A stretch of DNA of 64,000 bases from positions 248,001 to 312,000 of the forward strand of contig JANHCV010000008.1 in assembly GCA_025594325.1 (NCBI GenBank), in the 5' to 3' direction. This DNA is from Blastocladiella emersonii ATCC 22665 (Eukaryota > Fungi > Blastocladiomycota). Positions 58,801 to 64,000 of this stretch are shown in pieces (the first letter of the stretch is position 1; the number at the start of each line of letters is the position of its first letter). The notes beneath the pieces were generated by a model that worked only from the letters and a program-made list of their open reading frames with translations, ran no database searches and had not been told where the DNA came from. A program made the translations under genes and the position numbers.

Positions 58801-59143
58801 GCGCGCGCGGCTCGCGGCCGCGCTGGCCAAGATCACGCGCACGCGCGGGGTCGTCGCCCGCCGGGTCGCGGATATCGACGCCGACCTCGCGTTCTTGCGC
58901 ACCGACGCGGCCGCGGCGAAGCGGCAGGGCGTGGCGGCCGTCGCGAACGTGATCCAGACGGCGATCGGGGTTGTGGGAGTGGATGAGCGGTTGCCCGGGT
59001 ACGACGAGGTGGTGGTAGCGCGCGCGGCGGGTGGGGAGGGGGTGCGGGTCGTGGAGGCGAATCTCGAGCAGGAGGCGCATCCGTCGGCGCCGACGCTCAA
59101 CCACGTTGGCGGCGCGGCGCGGGCGGTGACGGCGGACGCGTAA
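55845..59143 (+). CDS. Multi-exon coiled-coil/low-complexity protein of unknown function
   Basis: ORFs 55623..56258 (from MTSSSLL) and 56567..59143 with heptad segments (FIESQIAQLVGEKEDLARALDHL). Donor GTACG at ~56245 and pyrimidine-rich introns. Confidence 0.7.
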
Positions 59144-61393
59144 GCGGTGGAGATGGATGCTGGGTGTGACTAGCTGTATGTAAATGGATTCCCTCTGTTG
59201 GTCGATGTCTCTTGCGAAAGGGAACAGGGAAGAGGGGAGGTCGTAGTCGCTGCACGACCGTGGTCGCGCGAAGACGCGTCGCGTCTCAGGAAACGTGATA
59301 TCGCGACGCGTCTCGCGCCCCCGACCAAGTTCGACCGACCTCGGCTGGGATTGTAGCTCACATCGTCGTCCCCACGACCACACTGTGCAAACCCGTCGCA
59401 CATCACCCAACGCGAACTTCGACAAGGCGAACCGAACCGGCTAGTCGCCGCGATGCACTGCTTCGGCGCGACGACACCCCGCCCACGCCGATCCCGCTCC
59501 CCCGCCGATGGCCGCCGTCCCCCATTCATGCCTGAATCGCCCAGGCGACGCCCAAGCACACGGACTCCCAACATTCTCGATGACGCCAAGCTGAGCGAGA
59601 TGAGTCGCATTTCGTCGGTGCGGGGCGCCAGGTAAACCTCTGAAATCCGGCGCCCGGGTCCCCCGAACGCGGGCCTCTACACAGACGCCGGACTCCATCG
59701 CGCGCGCCGACCTCCGCAGCGTACGCCGACCTCTGGTCTCGGACGAAAGGCGCCGGGGACTATGGACGGCCGGCTTGCCTTCGTCGAACACGTATACTTC
59801 GGATCCTGGGCAGCACCAGATATGGTCGGTCAGGTCAGCACGAGTCGCGACCTTCGCTTGGTCAGCAACGACGCTGCGACGGCGTCGCGAAATAGCACCG
59901 TTCGCGACCCGCGACGCCGAGGTGGGCGCAGCCGTCGCCGTCACGCTGTGACTCGTCCGCGGTGGCGGAAGTCGAGGGACGCGCCGCGCCACGCACAAAT
60001 TGGGCGCCACGGCGTACCCTCCCTCGCCGACCACAGGCGATCACATGTGGCGGTGGCTCGCGAGTCGATCGCACCCGCTGACAAGTGAGGGTCGGTCAGG
60101 CCCTGCCCAATCGCGCGGGCGGCGCCATCAAGTCATGAACTGGTGGTGTGGGTCGATTGTTCGCGGTGGGCGCGCGCAGGGCGACTTCCCCGCGCACCCC
60201 GCGCGCCGCGTGCATTCAGTGGGTTGCGTCGACGCCTCGTACGCGATGTTAGCTCCTCCATGGCCGCAGGAGATCGTGCGGGCGGTTGGACGCGCTGTTC
60301 AGGGTCGGCGCCGCGGCGTTCACTTGGGCACCGCGAACCATGGACGCGGTGTGATGGTTGATCTGATCTTGGACGCGTAGTCGCGGGAGGGAGGACGGAG
60401 TCACGGCCGCGACGCGAACACGTTTATACGGGAGGGATCGGTCCAAATGGAGATCCTGAGGCAGCGTCGTCGCGGAACCGACACGTCGCGTCTTGGTGAT
60501 CTGCGACGGCGTGTCGGACTCGGAGGTGGTGCGAATACCTCGCGTCTGGGGCTGCCGCGGCCATGGCCACCGACCACGACCGCGATCCTCGTCCACTTCA
60601 TGATCTCGGTTGACTAGGCTCAATGGGCCAGCCGACATCCGCGACGAACCGCACGCGTCCGCGTCCATCCATCCACTCGGACCTTCTCGAGGCGGCGAGG
60701 CTTGCTACGGTGAGGTGACCTCTCGAGCAAAGCCACCTGCCGAGGCTTGGCCGCGGCCGGCCGCGCGACCTGACCGCAAGTATCTTTAGCGCGCCGGACC
60801 AAATCGTCTGCCCTCTCCCAAGCGCACCGCGAGGATTGGCTCGCTGGTATTCGGGCGTATATAACTAGACGGACGCCGCCGCCTCGGTACCCGCGGGACT
60901 CTGCCCATCGACCTTCATCGCTCTCGACGACGACGACGGCTACGCTCGCTCTCCACGACCATCGCGCCGCGCCCTGCTACTACTACGGTACGTCTCCAGC
61001 CCCGCTGCACAGCCCACGGGCAATCGGCGACGCGGCCGACGTCCCGCGGACGAGATTTCGCGTGGCACGGGCAGCCGGCCCGCCTCGGCCCGCTGCACGA
61101 CGCGCACGCTAGCCGCGCAGCGTTCCCACCGTGGTCGCGCTCCCGACCCGGCGTACGTGCGGCGAGCGCGGGTGGGAAGCGGGGTCGCGGAGCCGCGTCG
61201 GTCGCGTGGCCCACGGAGCGCGCGCGGGATCGCTCGCTGCTCCTGCTCTTGCTCCCGCGACTGTGCCCGATGGGACCTCATGCACTACGACGATGACGAC
61301 GATGCTGACCTTGTCCCGCGATGGCGATGCCCGTGTGGTGTTCGATAAATAGGCCCGACCTCCTCTACCCTCCCCCCCAACGCACCGTCAACC

Positions 61394-63160
61394 ATGGAAC
61401 ACTCTACCACCGACGTCGGCGCCGCCGTGACCCCGCCCGCGACGCCCGTCGACCCGGCGCCGACGCCCGATACGCCGGCCGCGACCCCGCCCGCGCGCAA
61501 GCGCAGCCTGCGCCTGCCCGCGACGCCCACGTCGCGCCGCGGGAGCACCGACTCGGCCGCGACCACGGTCCCCGGCAGCGCCGCGCCGTCCGCCCGCACG
61601 CTGTCCATGTCGGCGCCGTCGTTCGCATCATCCCACGACACGCTGCCTATGTCCGACACCGACTCGCTCCGCGCTGCGCCGCGCAAGAACTCGCTCCCGC
61701 CACCCTCTTCCTCTTCTACCCCGCCCGCGACCCCAACCACCTCCTCCGCCTCCCCCTCGACGACCTGCTGGACCTCCGGCCCGCCGTGCTCGGTCCGCGT
61801 CCCGCGCCGCGCGTCCGCCGTCGAGTGGAAGCCCCGCTACGCGGTGGCGTGCCGCGTCGGGTTCACCGCCAAGATCCATTTGGCGAGAAAACCCGAGCAC
61901 GCCGACGCGCGCGCCCTCGTGCGCGGCGACGCGGCGCCCGAGCGGAGCATCACGCTGCCGCCCGCGTGCCAGGTCCACGTCGTGAGCGCGGACCGCGCGC
62001 CGGGGCACGGCGCGATGGCGGGCGGCAGTGCGGCGGGTGGGGGTGCGACGCTCGTCCTGGTCTCGGCGTGTGGGTTCCTCGCGGAAAAGCCCGCGGCAAG
62101 AGCGCGTTTCGCGCGGATGGTCGCGTCGCTCGCCCGGTCGCCGAGTAAGCGTGTCAAGCAGGACTCGGCGGCGGTCGCGGAAGACGACGAGCCGTTGGTG
62201 GATGATGACGACGACGATCTCGCGTCAACCGTTTCTTCGGCCGCCCCGGCGTGGACGACCAACCCGCTCTCGCCCGGCCTGTGCCGCGTCACCGCTTTGT
62301 CCACGGCGCACCACGAACCCGCTCCCGCAAAACGCACCCGCCCCGCGGCGTCCGTCATGTCGTCGCACGCGCTCCCGGGCCCCGTGCTGCTGCGGTTCGC
62401 GCACCTCGAGGACGCGCACGTGTTCGCCGACATTCTAACGGGCCGGTGCGCGCGCGACGACGACGAGCTCGTGTCGGTCGCGTCGCCCGAGGCCCCGCCG
62501 CCGCGCGAGGTGCTGTCGCCCGAGGACGCGGCGGTCGCGCGGTACCTGACGATCGACGAGGCCGACGCGGTGCCGCCCGTCCCGCCGCTCCCCGCGTCGC
62601 CGTGCTTCACAGAGTACACGTCCGCGAGCTCGTCGTCGTCGTCGAGTTCGGCGTCCTCGGTCTCAGGCTTCGGCGCTCCGCTCGCGGGTAACCGCAACAC
62701 GATCCTGTTCCCGCCGCGCAGCCACTCGCGCCGCCCGTCGGCCCCCGCGTTCGCCAACCCGCTCCCGACCAAGCAACACCCGCACCCGATGCCGTGGCCG
62801 TTCGCCGAACACGGTCTCGCGAGCCCTCCCCCAACCCCGCCCGCGTGGCGCACGCAGCACGGGCACGGCGACCCGCCGCACCGCCCGCAGTCGGCCCCGC
62901 TCCTCCGCGGGTCCCTCGACGCGGACCCCGGCGCGCGGCTCGAGATGCGCCGCATGCACGAGGCGCTGCGCGGGATCCAGGAGAACCAGCGCCGCGTGAA
63001 TGCGCGGCGCGGGTCGGCCGCGTCGTCGGTTGCGGCCGCGGCGGCGTGCGCGGTGGCGGTCGAAGGCGGGGTCGGGGCGCTGGCGCCCGTCGACGAGGAG
63101 GAGGCCGTGATGGACGCGTACGACGAGGAGGCTGTGATTGACGCGTACCTCGCCGCCTGA
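61394..63160 (+). CDS. 588-aa Ser/Pro-rich protein with a possible interrupted PH-like domain
   Basis: Good ATG context and GC3 bias. WKPRYAV..IHL..SITLPPACQV..LLRFAHLEDAHVFADIL resembles PH strands and the terminal helix. Confidence 0.7.
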   Translation: MEHSTTDVGAAVTPPATPVDPAPTPDTPAATPPARKRSLRLPATPTSRRGSTDSAATTVPGSAAPSARTLSMSAPSFASSHDTLPMSDTDSLRAAPRKNSLPPPSSSSTPPATPTTSSASPSTTCWTSGPPCSVRVPRRASAVEWKPRYAVACRVGFTAKIHLARKPEHADARALVRGDAAPERSITLPPACQVHVVSADRAPGHGAMAGGSAAGGGATLVLVSACGFLAEKPAARARFARMVASLARSPSKRVKQDSAAVAEDDEPLVDDDDDDLASTVSSAAPAWTTNPLSPGLCRVTALSTAHHEPAPAKRTRPAASVMSSHALPGPVLLRFAHLEDAHVFADILTGRCARDDDELVSVASPEAPPPREVLSPEDAAVARYLTIDEADAVPPVPPLPASPCFTEYTSASSSSSSSSASSVSGFGAPLAGNRNTILFPPRSHSRRPSAPAFANPLPTKQHPHPMPWPFAEHGLASPPPTPPAWRTQHGHGDPPHRPQSAPLLRGSLDADPGARLEMRRMHEALRGIQENQRRVNARRGSAASSVAAAAACAVAVEGGVGALAPVDEEEAVMDAYDEEAVIDAYLAA

Positions 63161-63202
63161 TTGTATATACATAAAAAGTCTCCATTTTATACCACCCCAC
63201 CG

Positions 63203-64000
63203 TCAGCTCTTCATGTAATCCGCAAGCACCGCCGCATCGTCGTCCCCATCGATCCCGAGCTGCGTCGCGCGCACCTGCGTCCGGTACTCGATGGCGTCGA
63301 GGTTGAGCGACGACCCGCGGGACTCGGGCTTCTGGCCGCCGAGCATCCGCGTCGAGCTGAGCTGCGGCGTCAGGCCGTCCGGGAACCGGTGCCGCGGAGG
63401 TTGTAGTTGTTGGTCTTGCGCGGGGTTGCGGAGCCACGTCGCGCGCGCGGTCACGGCGGGGGAGACTTGGTAGTGCGAGCTACACGCACACGGACACGCA
63501 GGGTCAGTTCGTGGCCATGGTCGTCGTTCACGGTCGAAACCGTACCTCGTCGGCCGCTGCGGCGGCCCGCCGCCGCCGCCCGGGACAAAGTGCGACGCGG
63601 CGCCCGGCAACGCCCCGCCGCCCATCACGCTCCGCCGCCCGCCCTGCATCTCGCTCTCGAGCCGCGCCTGCTCCTGCTGCACCGCGCGCTGCGTCTCGCG
63701 GAGAAGCACGTCGAGCGCCGCCTGCGCCGCGGGGGCCGTGAGGCCCGCGCTAGCGCCCGCGGGTGATGGGACAAGCGACGACCGACGACGACGACGACTG
63801 ACGGAAGGCGCGCGCGCGACGCCTTGCTCGATCACCGTGATGGGCGCGCCCGCGGCGGTGGCGGACGCGAGTTGTTCTTGTTCTTGACGCCGCGCGACAG
63901 CCGGGAGCGGCAGCGACGCGGAGCCCGCGGGCGGCGGCGACACGGTGGTGGTGGTGGCCGTGGTGGGTGCGGCGTCGGGAGGGACGGTGCCGCCGTTGGC
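63203..64000 (-). CDS. 3' part of a multi-exon gene extending beyond the window
   Basis: ORF 63203..63943 stays open toward the window edge. Intron-like segment ~63480-63545 with CTGAC branch point and TAG acceptor. Confidence 0.6.
   Translation of the reverse strand, partial: ANGGTVPPDAAPTTATTTTVSPPPAGSASLPLPAVARRQEQEQLASATAAGAPITVIEQGVARAPSVSRRRRRSSLVPSPAGASAGLTAPAAQAALDVLLRETQRAVQQEQARLESEMQGGRRSVMGGGALPGAASHFVPGGGGGPPQRPTRYGFDRERRPWPRTDPACPCACSSHYQVSPAVTARATWLRNPAQDQQLQPPRHRFPDGLTPQLSSTRMLGGQKPESRGSSLNLDAIEYRTQVRATQLGIDGDDDAAVLADYMKS

Noticed and set aside
59400-61300. Short ORFs between the coiled-coil gene and the 61394 gene
   Set aside because: No codon bias or homology within the window. 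Treated as intergenic/UTR.
1-64000. rRNA, tRNA, CRISPR arrays, telomeric repeats, LTR pairs
   Set aside because: No such sequence or structure recognised. The long repeats found are inverted, not direct LTRs.

Overview
GC-rich, intron-containing eukaryotic DNA (GTACG/GTATG/GTGCG donors, CTAAC/CTGAC branch points). An early-diverging fungus such as a Blastocladiomycota member is my inference, not a proven assignment. About 0-53 kb is an accessory, birth-and-death region made of two convergent tandem arrays of unrelated, unnamed proteins. Array A (+ strand, 1-19.6 kb, 8 copies plus a fragment) has a Gag-like layout: N-terminal helix, capsid-like domain, RS-rich tract and CX2CX12HX4C knuckle, with no pol or LTRs. 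Array B (- strand, 24.3-46.7 kb, 6 copies) shares a 16-nt first exon, an N-domain that may be a dead Ulp1-like fold, and a conserved ~330-aa C-domain. Between the arrays lie a class C GPCR-like gene with a PH-like tail and an LRR pseudogene. Almost every gene in the region, and the ends of two transposons, carry the same fixed-spacing motif GAGACGCG-N8-TCAYGTGA. Three DNA-transposon types have inserted into genes or their 5' regions: (i) a 4051-bp Plavaka/CACTA-type element with TG target duplication that splits an A gene, whose removal restores the frame; (ii) a 2419-bp IS3EU-like element with 175-bp TIRs and a 7-bp TSD that splits an LRR gene; (iii) an unclassified 1846-bp element with 12-bp hairpin TIRs and TCGA TSD, carrying a LINE RNase H/zinc-finger fragment, which also has an identical truncated copy. 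53-64 kb holds ordinary single-copy genes. No rRNA, tRNA or CRISPR array was seen. All domain calls are by-eye motif matches, not database results.
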